Notes: generated by a model not told the origin, from the letters alone. DNA of 60,636 bases, filler included, from Sphacelaria rigidula (GCA_964200075.2; 9 parts of 9 records of this genome joined end to end with filler, not necessarily neighbours in it); one strand, 5' to 3'. Positions 1 through 12,182 are shown, numbered from the whole stretch's first letter. Translations and numbers: made by a program.

Positions 1-138
1 CCATTTCGATTCACGTGAGGATTTTGCCTCCCAAAACCATGCACTTTTTCGGGGGAGCCTATCGTAGAAAGTGTCGTCCGCATCAGATACCCAGTACGAA
101 TGTACCGCGCAGATGCCGGAACGATTTTTAATGTGAAG

Positions 139-176
<38 letters not shown>
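1..176 (+). mobile_element. Repeat fragment ending in a retroposon-like 3' end with a (CAA)n tail
   Basis: GTCCGCATCAGATACCCAG...TTTTTAATGTGAAGAC is followed by (CAA)n at about 138-176. A homologous copy lies on the minus strand at about 24668-24746, and the 5' part recurs inverted at about 53700-53840. Confidence 0.55.
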
Positions 177-177
<1 letters not shown>

Positions 178-703
178 TGATGTGATTCAACGTACTGCTG
201 ACACGTTGGTCTTGTCAGCTTTGAGACTAAATCTGCTGCAAGCTCCGTACTTTGGTCACTTGACAACAGTATCTTACTGAAATAAGCAATCGTAACACGT
301 TTTACGCGTCAATTTCTGCTATAACATATGTTGCTTTTGCATGTAATCCAAGAGATACAAGACACAAGGTACAAGATACAAACGGAAACGGAAACGGTTT
401 CATGCCGGATTATATTCGTTGAACCGTCACAAGATGCACCGCAAATTGCGTAGCCCCGAAATTCAAACACGGAGGTGCAATACTGTGATGTTTGCATCTC
501 TTGCACTACTCCATTACGCGGGACTGATCGTATGGTAAGCGGAGTCCTCATATATTATCCACCGTAGATGGAGCATGGCCACGTGGCTTGCACTGCCAGA
601 AACCACCTTTGCGTCTGGCTTCTTCGACCCGGACTTTCGCCGTAAGGATATATGTCTGAATGATGGGTCCCTTGGGGCCGATTGTGGACGGTTTGCGCGG
701 AAC

Positions 704-1021
704 CTGGTATACTGCATATATACGGGACTTGAGTAGCTTTTCAAGCCCGATGTTGCGGTGTTGGCGCCTACTGTCCACTTTGGCCCGCGAAAGAATTTAT
801 TTCCCAGAATGTCGTCAATCGTAGAAACTTGCGCGAAATCAGCGCGCGCTACCAAGAAAGAACGGGTCTGATCGGCGGATATCTTGGCGAAGTTGATGTA
901 GGTTCTTTATGGTGACTGCCACGCGAGTACACGACATGTACCCTTTATGTCCGCAAGGCGCAGACTCATCCCTCTTTTTGATGAAAAGAGTAAGATTTCT
1001 CGCCTCTGTATAGGAACTCAT
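704..1021 (-). CDS. Possible 5' coding exon(s) of an unknown gene divergent from the ankyrin gene
   Basis: ATG at 1021 gives MSSYTEARNLTLFIKKRDES..., with protein-like open frames below it and a candidate CAG|GTTCCG donor near 704. The splice pattern is ambiguous and no motif is recognised. Confidence 0.2.
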
Positions 1022-1269
1022 CGCTGGTAGGCCGTGTTCCCGGGTCTGGCAATTCGAACTCTCCACCAGCGCGGCTTGGACTCAGTTGCAGCTAATCGCC
1101 TTTGCGCTCGTCAAACAGAGGAGTCTCGTCTGGAAGTGCCGCTGCCACCACCACGCAAACGTCGCAACGACGATAGCCCCAGCTGCGTTTTCTTGGTACA
1201 CGCATCTTTGGAGTGGCGAATCAGTTGTACAGGAGACCAAAAGGGTCGGCGCATGGCGATCTCGAGGAG

Positions 1270-4200
1270 ATGGGGTCGGCGGCCACCAAGCTCCTGAAAA
1301 GAGAACCTCAGATCGAGTTCATGGAAAGCACCAAGATGCCCACCGCCAAGGACGAAGACACGCGGAAACGAAACTCGCTCATGTATTTTATGCGAGAATG
1401 GCAGGGTTTAACCACCCTCGATCAACAGAACGCATCCATGATACAGGTGGAACGCACAACCTTACCCTTTCGGCGTTATTTTCGGTGAAGAACATTTCGT
1501 ATAACCATGTATTATACATGGCCGTGTCCGCGTCCGTGAGGGTTGTCAGCTGTGATGATGCATACAGTAGACTTCTTTCAAGGCACCCTGCGTCCTTTGG
1601 CCTGGAGCATATATCACTCAGCGGGTTATTCACCAATTAGCTACACCAATGATGCTACCAGGGCATCGATAATATGTTTGTATAGAAACTGCTCTTGCTG
1701 CGTTGCAAAACGACCTGGGGAGTCGTTCACTACCTTCAAACTTGTTATTCAAATGGCGCCTCCAGCTACGACATGTCAAAGTGCGATCGAGGCTCAAGTT
1801 CCTATTTTGAGGGTGCGCGCCAGCCGCATTTCTCAAACGACAGATGCCATTTTTCTGCGGGCCTACCATGCCATCCCCTTTGTCTTTTTTTGTTTTTTGT
1901 TTCTTGATTCTTGTTTCTTGTTCCGTCCTTCCTTCGCGATAATCACGCTCCATACTGACTTCGCAGCCGTGTCGACTGGGAGCGCAGCATACAGAAGCCC
2001 ACCTACAGACAGTAGTACTCCGTATCACCACGTGCGGTACTCTGTGTTGCTTGCAGTAGCCAGAAAATTCAAAACAATATCTCGCCCGGCTCACGTAGCA
2101 AACTACTGTACTCAGTGTAGACAGCTGTGTACCCGCCATGAGTTTGCCACAGCGGACAAGAGACTCCTATTCCTTGCTCGGCTGTTACTTATTTTGCTGC
2201 TCATCTTGAGCTGCATTTCTTACACGAGTTTTCTCACCTCTTGTGGGCCCCACCCCACGTGTTAGTAGTGCATGAATGTAGTGCTAGCATTGCCATTTTT
2301 TATTTGCCGGTGGTGCTATAAACCCACCACATCAGCAAAGGGTGAAGCAAAAATAGCCAAAACGAAAAGTTTTGTTTTCGTCTCTATGTAGGGTAGTACC
2401 GAGGGGAGAGCACGCCCTATTCAATAATCACGTCATTCTATACAGGAAAAAAGGACACGGACATGGTGCTTAGGCAACGTAGATCCTTCGGGGGTCACAA
2501 TTACTTCATTGTAGTCAGGAAAACTGTTCGACGTTTCAGAGGATGGTTCATCGACTTGTTTTAGAGGAGAGGGAAGTCTTTGGCAGGAGCGCCTCTTGTT
2601 CAGCCCCCCTCCGAACACACAAACGAAGGCAAACCCGTTCAATGTATTGTCATCGAGAAGCGGCTGGGGGGTTCAGGGGAGCTATCAATACACGACGACT
2701 GCAGTACGCAGCAATGGCAGAGTCTGCCGCGTCTCTGCCCCCCCTCGCGTCACGGGTGGCAGCAGCGTGATGGGAATCACAAGTCGCCAGAAACAACTAC
2801 CGCACCCAACCTGGTGCGAACATGGGTTTGGCCGGCACTTCTTTCCCCATATATACTACAGTGAAAGCACTGGACTGAAATGTATTTTTGCCTTAAGTCA
2901 CGACTACCTTGTCAAGACACGTCACTACTACCGTGACATATCGAGCAGGGATCACGTCTCTCGGTGGCAAGTTCATATGCGGGACTGTACCTTACTGTGT
3001 GGTGCGGTGCGGTACTATGCTATGCTGTGCTGTGCTGTGCTGTGCTGTGCTGTGCTCTGCTCTGCTCTGCTACTACACCGTACTATTTTGATCGATCTGG
3101 GATATATGCATGGGCTACACTCTTTTGAGTACGAGCGTGGTCGTTTTTCATGATGTACGTCATCCTCTGCAAATGACAAGCCCGCAACACGTGGTTTTCG
3201 TCCTTCGCGAGGGTGGCGTCCTGAAGGGTTAACTGGGGGCGCCCGCCCGTTGTAGTTAATTTATCACGTCTTCAGCATGCACGCTCTTTTGTCGTTCCGA
3301 TCAAAATATATGCAGATCAAAAGGTACCATCAGATGCAGGACAAGGTGGAAATAGATGATCCGATTGTGGCTAAACTCAACAAGAAACCTCTTGAGATAT
3401 CTCTGGGAAACATGCGGACGCTGCGAGATACCGTGATCATGCGCTGGAAAGATATCAACCGAAGCTACCAGGGTCCACTTCTCGGGGACACCATTTTGCA
3501 CACGATATGTCGCGAGGGGTAAGCATGCCGAGCATGCACATACGAAACGGAAGAGAAAATGTTTTGGAGAGGGCTGTGATTATGATGGCAGGGTCGTATC
3601 CCGCGAATCAAGATTAAATTGCCACAATCAATATCACGTACATATGGCGCAGTTTGTTGATGGTCGCGATGACCAGTCATGCGCTCACGCCGAGATGAAC
3701 TGTACGATGTCGTATAATATGACAGCGGGCTGCGGGCAAGAAGGGTGTTCCCTACTGTCGAATACGCTGGTATCATCGTCGGTTACAGAATGCTCGATTA
3801 TAGCGTAGTCTCGAGGAAGGCAATCAGTTCCGCCCGTCAATTCCGCCAGTTGTACAGCATCAAGAAGACTTTCCGAGCATAACTGAAAGGCTCCAACCCG
3901 ACACGGTAGTTGCACAACAGTCCCAAAACGTGTTTCGTGGTGTCCAGCAATACCAACAGCTCAATTGGCGGATTCAACTGGTTTGTTGTGGGCATGTTCA
4001 CCACTTCACGATGTAGGCAATGGTTGCACAGAGGTGCACATAATCAGTTCCACTTGGAACTCGGAGGGGAGGGAGAGAAGGAGGGGGGGGGGAGTGAAGG
4101 GCAATAATGTTTCTCACAAACCCCTGTCAAATACCATCTCGGTGTGTGTGCAGGTACCTCGAAGCACTCAAGTTCATGTTGGATCCCAACACGAAATCTA

Positions 4201-5423
4201 TATTTGAGACAGAGGTGGTGGACCCGACCATCGTCAACAAGCGCAAGCGGACAGCGATAATGCTGTGCTTCACTAGCCCGCACTTCACCATGATTGCTAA
4301 GGAATTTGGTCTTGAGGAAGATGCTGCAACTGGTCTTGCGGTCCCCCACGCTCAGCGCCCGCAGACAGCCCAGGTGATCACGGGCGGCCTTGGGTCTCGA
4401 GGGGCTTGCCTCGACTCGGAAACCGCACGCTAATTGTTTCTCTGACTGATCGTCGCATTGGCGCCTATATTGATTCACAATCACTAATATGCTGGTCGGG
4501 GTAATTGTTTTGTGGTAGATACACAAATATTTGAAGTCAACGTGAACTATCGATTATTCATCGACAATACCAAATATAGCCACGTCACCATGGTAGCACA
4601 TGAGGGCATGCATGACCTTAAGTTTCTGAATCGGTTTTTATAATTGTGAAGTTTACGTTCATGTTGGTAAAAATGCCATTCTCTAGTTTACATTTCATGT
4701 AGTGTCGAAATTGCTGCGCGAATTTAAATAACCCTTCAATTGGTTGGTTGGTTGGTTGGTTGGTTGATCGATTTCGTACTTTTGACTGACCACCCACGGA
4801 TCCAGCCGTTGTCATACGATAGTCGCCCTCCAGGCAAAACAAAAATTGAACACTCGCTGAAGAAAAAAAAACGAAACAGAGAAGGTAGAACATAACAAAA
4901 GAGTAGACTAAGAGAAAAGAAGAAGAAAAACAGAAGAAAATAAATAAAAATAAAACCCTCTGAGCATTTATGATCGTTTTAGCGACACGACGTCCCAAGA
5001 ACTTTGCAATCGTGGGAAATATGCATCAGTGGGTATTTGCACTTCTTGCTTCGACGGAATGCGCAAAATCGGAACTACGACGCTCAATTTTCAGCGCGAT
5101 GATCAATGAAGTGTAAATATGACATTTCTGAATTTTCGCCGCCGCGAGAAACGATGACTCTTGAGGGCCTTTCCTAGCGGCAACGCAACACGGCAATATA
5201 CAATTGTGGTGGTGTTCACTCTCCACACACGCGCTGCTTCTCGTTGCCATCGCGTCGGACAAATGCCCCCAAACCCCCGACGGCTTGGGCCGAGCGATGC
5301 CGACCAGTAGACCGATATGGATTGGATGAAACCTGGAGGCCGGGCGGAACGCGAAGAGATGGTGCGCATTCTGGTAGAGGATTTGGGCGCGAACATCAAC
5401 GAGATGGATATGCACGACTATAG
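1270..5423 (+). CDS. Ankyrin-repeat protein, 5' part (exons 1270-1446, 3316-3518, 4154-4373, 5311-5423; 3' end not located)
   Basis: GT-AG introns with compatible phases (0,2,0). The spliced product contains GDTILHTICREG|YLEALKFML...VNKRKRTAIMLC and MVRILVEDLGANINEMDMHDY, which are ankyrin-like. The start reads gagATGG / MGSAATK. Confidence 0.7.
3018..3072. repeat. (TGCTG)n/(TGCTC)n pentanucleotide microsatellite, intronic
   Basis: Direct reading. Confidence 0.9.
4739..4766. repeat. (TTGG)n microsatellite
   Basis: Direct reading. Confidence 0.85.
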
Positions 5424-6649
5424 GTCAGCGGGCGCTTTCGGGTGCATACCCAACCGCATCGGGTGGAAATCCGACTAAGCTGAGGCTTTACGCCACCTTG
5501 CGCGTGTACCGGGTGAATCCACCCTCCCCAACCCATTGAAAGAAAAAAAACCATAACTTTGGGAATGGGGGTAAGCCGTCAAAAATACGTAGATTGGTGG
5601 GGGGCATGTGGCTGCTAATGGGCTCGTCTCGGACCCGTGACTGTTGTGTGGAAGGTTAGCGTCGCCCTGCACGCGAGAAATGTTGCATGTCGAGAAAAAC
5701 CTTGGTGTGGACGAAGGTATAACATATGGACAGGTACACTGATGTGGACGTCGGCGGTTGCCTTGCTTACCCCACCCTCCGCTAATGCCAGGCGTAGGTA
5801 CCTCAAGTTATGGAATTCTTCCACCACCCTCAACCGTGCCACCCCTACATGACTGCGACGATTTCAGTTTCGGTACTCAGGTCCTTGGAAGGGAAGGACA
5901 ACAAACCCTTCATCATCCAGTGCCTGTCTCCTGTAGATAAAATCTGGACGGTTTTGTATGTAACATCGCAGAGGGATTGAAGTATGTGCGTTGTTTCGCT
6001 GCATCCTCCCCCACCCCCCCCCGCCCCCGGTGCTCCGTCCCGAAAGGGGTGCGTGGGCAATGGCCAAACGATTATTGCAAGCAACGAATGAGTACACCCC
6101 CCCCCCCCCGTTCACTTGGAAAATGACAAGCTGACAGGTGTTCATCTGCGGGCTGGTAAAGGGTGAAGTTCATGATTCTGTTATGTCCACTCACGACCCT
6201 AGGAGTTTGGGGGGGATGGTTGTTGTAGACGTAGATGGAGGCTGACGGGACATGGGCACTCAGCGAAATGGTGCAGAAACAAAACGTCCAAGCCAGTAGG
6301 TATGCACTAGCATTTTCCATGGTCGAAGGAGAGTGGTGTACATATTGTTTCTTCATCCATCATCTTGCTGTGTATCAACGTCTCTGTATACATGCAAAGG
6401 TACTGCTGGCGCGACGACCGCTCTGATGCTGATGCTGCCCCTGTACTTTTGACTGCAGTATGCTGCTGTCCGTGGCTTGTGCACAGGAAACTATGACGCG
6501 CGGAATATACATGGCTCCGGCTGTTTTTATGCAAGCGTAATCCACGAAAAAATCGATCATTCCACCCCCCCCCTGAAAGTAATGAGCGCCAGAATGTTGG
6601 AGGTGTCTCTATTAGGAGTAGGAATGGTGCTCCGTCTCGAAAGGGATGC

Positions 6650-6749
6650 NNNNNNNNNNNNNNNNNNNNNNNNNNNNNNNNNNNNNNNNNNNNTTAATTA
6701 ATTAANNNNNNNNNNNNNNNNNNNNNNNNNNNNNNNNNNNNNNNNNNNN
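6650..6749. other. Artificial contig-joining spacer N44-TTAATTAATTAA-N44 (also 13399-13498, 20148-20247, 26897-26996, 33645-33744, 40393-40492, 47141-47240, 53889-53988)
   Basis: Identical 100-bp spacer with stops in all six frames, recurring every 6648-6649 bp of sequence, consistent with size-sorted contigs. Confidence 0.98.
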
Positions 6750-8050
6750 GAAGATTTTAATCCTCCGGGTTCTCATCCTCAATGAAAAGCACCATCCTCA
6801 ACATAGATGATCGGCTGTTGTGTGGGGAAGAAATTTCGGCATGTCTGATGAGCTGTGGAGGTGGGTGCTCTGTAGTCCTTTTCATGTCGTCGGTACGTCA
6901 CTGTAGCGCTCGGGAATGTGACGTTGTCTATACCCCCTGTGTCCTTGCCCTTGCATTACTCTTACGAGTTGTCGTTACTGACTGCGACGTCCTCTCTTCA
7001 TCTCCGATCGGCCGTCACAGCCGCCGTGTCCATATGATCGACACACCAGGCAACGTTCGCATGTGGGTGCAAGGAAGAACGTGACAAGCCGGCCGAGGGG
7101 CAAACTATTGTTCGTCAGCTCACGTAACATGCTCTCGTGCTGAAAGAACAGAGCATCTTTTGCCGACCACACAGATCATGATGAGTTTTTATTTATGAGT
7201 CAGCAGGAACATTGGCCAACAAACTCGTCGCTCCCGAAGCTAATTATTGCGTTATTGATGTGTGTATATATATATATATATATATATTTAAATTCTCGTC
7301 TGTTTTCCTGGTTCGGCATCCCTTACTATGACCATAATGTCGGGCGTATCACGCGCGAGCTGGACGACCCCAGGTACCAACTCGGATCGAGTGGAGTATA
7401 TTGCAGGATAAAGTATCGGCCCGGCGACGGAGACACCCTTGAGTACCCTGAATTTTCAGTTGATTCTCGGGGTACTCCGGCTGAATATTGGCGTCGTGCT
7501 ATGGTAAGGATTAACTCTTTCCGCCAAAGCTCGTCTGAGGCACCATCACGGGCAAAGCAACGACGTCTTTCACAATCCGTGATCTTTCCCTGCGAGAGGA
7601 TCACTTCACGGTCAGACTCATCATGCCGAGATCGCCCCCCTACAAAAGTACACCGGAGACGGTCCGACAAACCAGCTGCGATCCCACTATTAGGCTCGTT
7701 TGCAGCGATTTCGCCCACATTAGAGGCGTGTAGCAGCCTGAAGTCGGCTATCACGCCCAAATAAGTCGCGTCGTGCAGCACGAAACCAGCTTTAACGGCA
7801 TTTATAGTCATACCTTCCGTGCACTTTTTTGGCCGGTTCGGGGGGGGGCTATCTCGGCAGCAGACGTCAGACAGACGTAACTTTTTCCTGATCGCACTAG
7901 AGCTAGTGCCCGAGAGTCTACATCTAAGCCCAGAACGCTGGCCCGGAAAACATTTGTGCATCCATACCGTAGCACAACTTGTTGAGTATTTTGGCAGTCT
8001 ACCATGCGTACCCTGGAACACCGAGTACTTGAGGTAGCTGCTATTGTGAG
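6750..8050 (-). mobile_element. Decayed interspersed element; its end is shared with the end of contig 7
   Basis: 6762-6820 is the near-exact reverse complement of 47082-47140 (CAACAGCCRATCATCTATGTTGAGGATGGTGCTTTTSATTGAGGATGAGAACCCGGAGG). Broken ORFs lie inside and the family is not identified. Confidence 0.4.
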
Positions 8051-8211
8051 CATCCTGGTGTACTGCGTAGTCGAAATACCCTGGAAATGCGGGATGTTCC
8101 AGGGTGCGTACCTTACCCTACCCTACTAACCTTCAAGGTTTTCAGCTTGAGTTGAGCAGAAGAGATCACGAACGAGCCGCGGAGCACGCTGTTCTCGTAT
8201 GACCACGTGTT

Positions 8212-8700
8212 CAGGAAGCGAACAGTTTACCCATTAACAGAGGATTCTGTAAAATGAGGTTCATCAATGAAATGAGGTTCGAGCTCAAAACAGTACTTTC
8301 TCCACGCTTTCAGCGATGGTGCCCAATCACTTTCTTGTCGGCCTAATGCCCCTCGATCGTGTAGATACTTTTTCAGCGCATTTTACCGACTCTGTGAGCT
8401 TACAGCGCTGTCCGAAACCGCAATTTCTACTTATTTTTTAGGGGGGTGATATCAGGGAAAACAGCAGTTTCGGTCAGCGCTGTAAGTTCACAGAGTCGGC
8501 AAATGCGCTGAAAAAGTATCTACGCGATCGAGGGTCATTAGGCCGACAAAAAAGTCATTGGGCACCATCGCTGAAAGTGCGGAGAAAGCACTGTTTTGGG
8601 CTCGAACCTCATTTCATTGATGAGCCTCATTTTATAGAATCCTCTGTTCATTGAACCAGTTAGCGCTCACTGGTTCAATGGGTGAACTGTTCGCTTCCTA
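8212..8700. mobile_element. About 72-bp palindromic mini-element interrupted by a foldback insertion
   Basis: Removing 8236-8652 restores CAGGAAGCGAACAGTTTACCCATTGAACCAGTTAGCGCTCACTGGTTCAATGGGTGAACTGTTCGCTTCCTA, which matches the uninterrupted copy at 12111-12182. Confidence 0.8.
8236..8648. mobile_element. Foldback MITE with about 190-bp arms, AACAGAG termini and 4-bp TSD CATT
   Basis: AACAGAGGATTCTGTAAAATGAGG...CCTCATTTTATAGAATCCTCTGTT, with CATT at 8232-8235 and 8649-8652. Confidence 0.85.
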
Positions 8701-10235
8701 AGCAAAATATATGCTGTGTAGTCCGTTCCTGCATGACACTTCAGTGATCTCCGGAGCTCCCTGCCCCTTGCAAGCCTCACTGAGTTCACATCCCACTTTC
8801 ACGTAGTTAATTTGGTTTCCGCTCCGGGTAAACCATTCGACTCACCGGTTTCTTGCGACTCGATTTTTGCGACTTCATTTTTGCGACTTTATTTTTGCGA
8901 CACGATTTTTGAGACTTTTGTTTTGCTACATTTTACCACTCTAAAACACCTATTGATTTCGTTTTTTGGGGAAACTTTGTCAAACAGAAACCAAACGCAT
9001 CTTGCTCCAAGGGACACCTGGACACACAGCAGTTGCTGCTGCCTACCGAGGATCACCCTCCGAATCGAAGTCTTGAGTGAGAACGCCCAGCGTGCAGTTG
9101 CTCCACGCGACCACTGCGTTCTGCCACGTACCCTTGCCCACATACCCGACAAGGAGGCAACTTTCCCGTACCGACAGTAGCAATGATAGCTAATCCTCCG
9201 TCCTGACAGTCTGACAGCCGGCAAGGTGGTTATGGTAGTGTCCTTCTAGCGATACCCACTTACAGTGCACTGGAGCAGAGTTTGCAGGTGGATATTGTGG
9301 CGATTGCCTCACCTGCAGTTCGCCCAGATGTTGCGTTTTATTTTTTTATTTTTTTACTGAGTAACATTACATACATGTGGAAATGTACCAGACCCTAGAC
9401 GAAGATTTCTACAGTCAGTACGAACACAATCTTAAAAAGTGTACTGCGCACAGTGTGTTGTGTGTGTTGTCGTCCCATCTAGTCTAGACGCCGGTCTCCC
9501 ACCTTTCGGTATATGTGGGCGCACCAGCCGCGGCTGTGTTACAATACAGCTTCGCTCAAGATACATACAGCGGCGGAGGCGGCCTTTCACTTTTGGGTGT
9601 ACCACCTGGGGCAAACACACGCTGTAGCTGCAACACGAACAGCTTTAAAAAATGTGGCGTAGCGATATAGCGCGGAGAAGGGGGTGATATCCTGCGTACA
9701 CCTTAGCCGCAGGTACAAGCGGCTGCGTTCATGATGTGGCGAACTGCATAGGACAGCGCGGAATCAACGAAGGACAGGGATAGGCTAAGGGTGTGACGTC
9801 TTGCGGTGTGCTTTGTCACCCTGCACCCTGCCGCTGTGCAGTGAGCAGGTAGTACCGCCGAACGCGTCACGCGGCATATTTTATGTACCGTACATATATC
9901 TGTGTTTCAAGACCATATTGTATGGCAATCAATCCGTACTTGTACAAATATGAGGATTTCAGCTCGTCCCAAGGCGGTTTTTTCCGTGGATTGATCTTTC
10001 GGACTCCCATCTGTTGGGCAATGTTCTCTCACATAGCTTTGAGGAAACCAGATCCATTCTCCGATTATCTGGACGTTGAATTTTAGTTTATTACCTCTCT
10101 GCTCAGATCGGGAGACTCCCGCATTTTCCCCGATTTGGGCCCCCGATATGGGGGAGATGCGGGAGTCTCCCGATCTGAGCAGAAAGGTAATATTGTAAAC
10201 CAAAAGTCAACGTCCAGAGAATCGGAGAATTGATC

Positions 10236-11760
10236 CGGTATAGTAGATCAACCACCGTGTCTCCCTGCTTTACCGATCCCAAGTCTGCTAAAATTAAGAC
10301 GGGGATATCAGAGAAGTCCGTAACTTCGAACCGCTTCAATAGGGTGTCGACGAAAGTTGTTCGTTAAACGTCTATACTTTGTATATGATACCCCCTTTCC
10401 AGTCCCTCTCTATGGCACACCCCATGTACCATTGAACTTCACCTAGGTTGTTTGTTGGAAATTTCTTGCTGATTGAGGATAACACGGGCTTTTTCATTTT
10501 TCCTATTTCTTCTCCGATCAAGATGCACGACTGGTATGACACATACACACCCCCTTTCCTCCTTGTTGTATACTGTGAGGGTTTAAGAGACAAACAACTA
10601 GACAACTGACCAGTCAGCGCGGTGAAAGTGACGGGGATCCCGCTGACTGGTCAGTTGTCTGGTTTTTTGTCTCTTAAACCGTCACAAAATTTAGTCGTGG
10701 GGGTTTGATCCCCGTCACTTTCACCGAGGAGGGCGACTCCCCTTGCCAGCGCTCTATCAACTGCCATCGAGACCTCTAGTGTTGTTCCTTCTCACTGTGA
10801 CCTTGAATTACTCGTCTCTCCCACTCATTCCACAGTGTGCACTGGTCTGTAGCAGTCGACTCCAAACATACTTCCTGTGCTGCAGCGGCTGTGGGCACCA
10901 GGCTATACCCCACCCTTTTCTCTTTGGGCCAATTTTTTACTGAGGTTTCCTCTACCTGGGGCCAAATTTTTACAGAGATTTTCTCTCCTCTTTTTTCTTC
11001 AAAGAAAGTGCGTTCGACGGGAATCGAACCAGCGACTAACTTTTGTGACAGTTTAAGAGACGACCGACTAGACTAATGACCAGTCAGCGCTGAGTAGTCA
11101 GTAGTCTAGTTGGTTGTCTCTTAAAACGTCACAATACGCAAGTGTCGGGTTTACTTTGCGACATCCCTGCATCCTCTATCAGAGTTTTGTTTAGGAGAAT
11201 AGACCATTGCCTCCCTTCATGTTTGATGCCATGCATGGATCTTTCGGGTCTCACTGTATTGCCCGTCAGGGGACCACACCCGTCTGGGAGCTTCATGAAC
11301 ATATTCGTGTACATTTGTGCTCGAACGAAAGCCTGGTTAACATCAAAATGATATGATTATATGGTGACCATCCTTCCTGAACTGCAACGACCGTGACCAA
11401 TTTTATTGATGTCATGGCTGGAGTGGCTGCAAAAGTCTCGAAGTAGTTCACAGCAAATCTCTGGCCAAGTCCATGCGCAACAAGCCTTGCCTTCGCTTTG
11501 AGGACTATTCCGTTAGCGTCGGTCTTCGAACTGAACACCCACTTCGCTGTTATGACGTTTACCTCTCCTGGGATTTCGTGACTCGAGAACGTACCGGCGG
11601 TTTTATGCCCATTCAGTTCTGCACGCATAGCACTCAACAATACTTCTTTGTACTCCGATTTTTCCACATTCTCTGCTACTATCATGGGGAGGATCTCGAT
11701 ATCTCCTACATGGAGGCCGATGGGGAAACGCAAACCTAGGCTGAACTCCCTCTCCATGTT
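10236..11760 (-). mobile_element. Degenerate Ty1/Copia LTR retrotransposon, reverse transcriptase (RVT_2) region
   Basis: AMRAELNGHKTAGTF...KWVFSSKTDANGIVLKAKARLVAHG...NYFETFA, then MKLPDGC...GRQW...SKPDTCV|YNKEERGCVCVIPVVHLD...NNLGEVQWYMGCAIERD. The region is frameshifted and carries a nested insertion. Confidence 0.9.
10573..11134. mobile_element. TA-flanked non-autonomous TIR element with tRNA-like 47-bp TIRs, inserted in the Copia RT
   Basis: TIRs at 10573-10619 and 11088-11134, with TA at 10571-10572 and 11135-11136. Excision restores the Copia motif DTCVY. Confidence 0.85.
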
Positions 11761-12110
11761 GCTTTCTGCCGCTAGACAAAAATACTATTGCTCTGTGCAG
11801 GTCTCCTCGATCATCACGGTTGCGCTGCCTCCCGCCTCCGGTCCGGCTGCTGCAGTGATCAAGTCCGTCGTCTCGTACCTATCCCCCACCATTCCATGTA
11901 GTGCGGTTTCCGCATCTGCTCTCTTGCTCACTGGCTCAATGATAAAACGCCCGTTTGTGGAACAAGAGATCGGGGGTTCGAGTCTTGCAGACGATTGATT
12001 GTTGGTGGAATTTAAAATGTGAACAATGAGGCTTGCGAGGAGCAGGGATCCCCGGGGATCACTGAACTGAAGTGTCATGCCGGGACAAACCTTACAACAA
12101 ACCTTTGCTT

Positions 12111-12182
12111 CAGGAAGCGACCAGTTTACCCTTCGAACCAGTGAGCGCTCACTGGTTCAAGGGGCAGACTGTTCGCTTGCTG
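12111..12182. mobile_element. 72-bp palindromic mini-element (empty-site homologue of 8212-8700)
   Basis: Perfect 24-bp central palindrome GAACCAGTGAGCGCTCACTGGTTC and CAGGAAGCGA...TCGCTTGCTG ends. Confidence 0.7.

Noticed and set aside
11007..11089. Functional tRNA-Asp gene
   Set aside because: The boxes and anticodon loop are present, but the acceptor and anticodon stems do not pair properly and it lies inside a mobile element.
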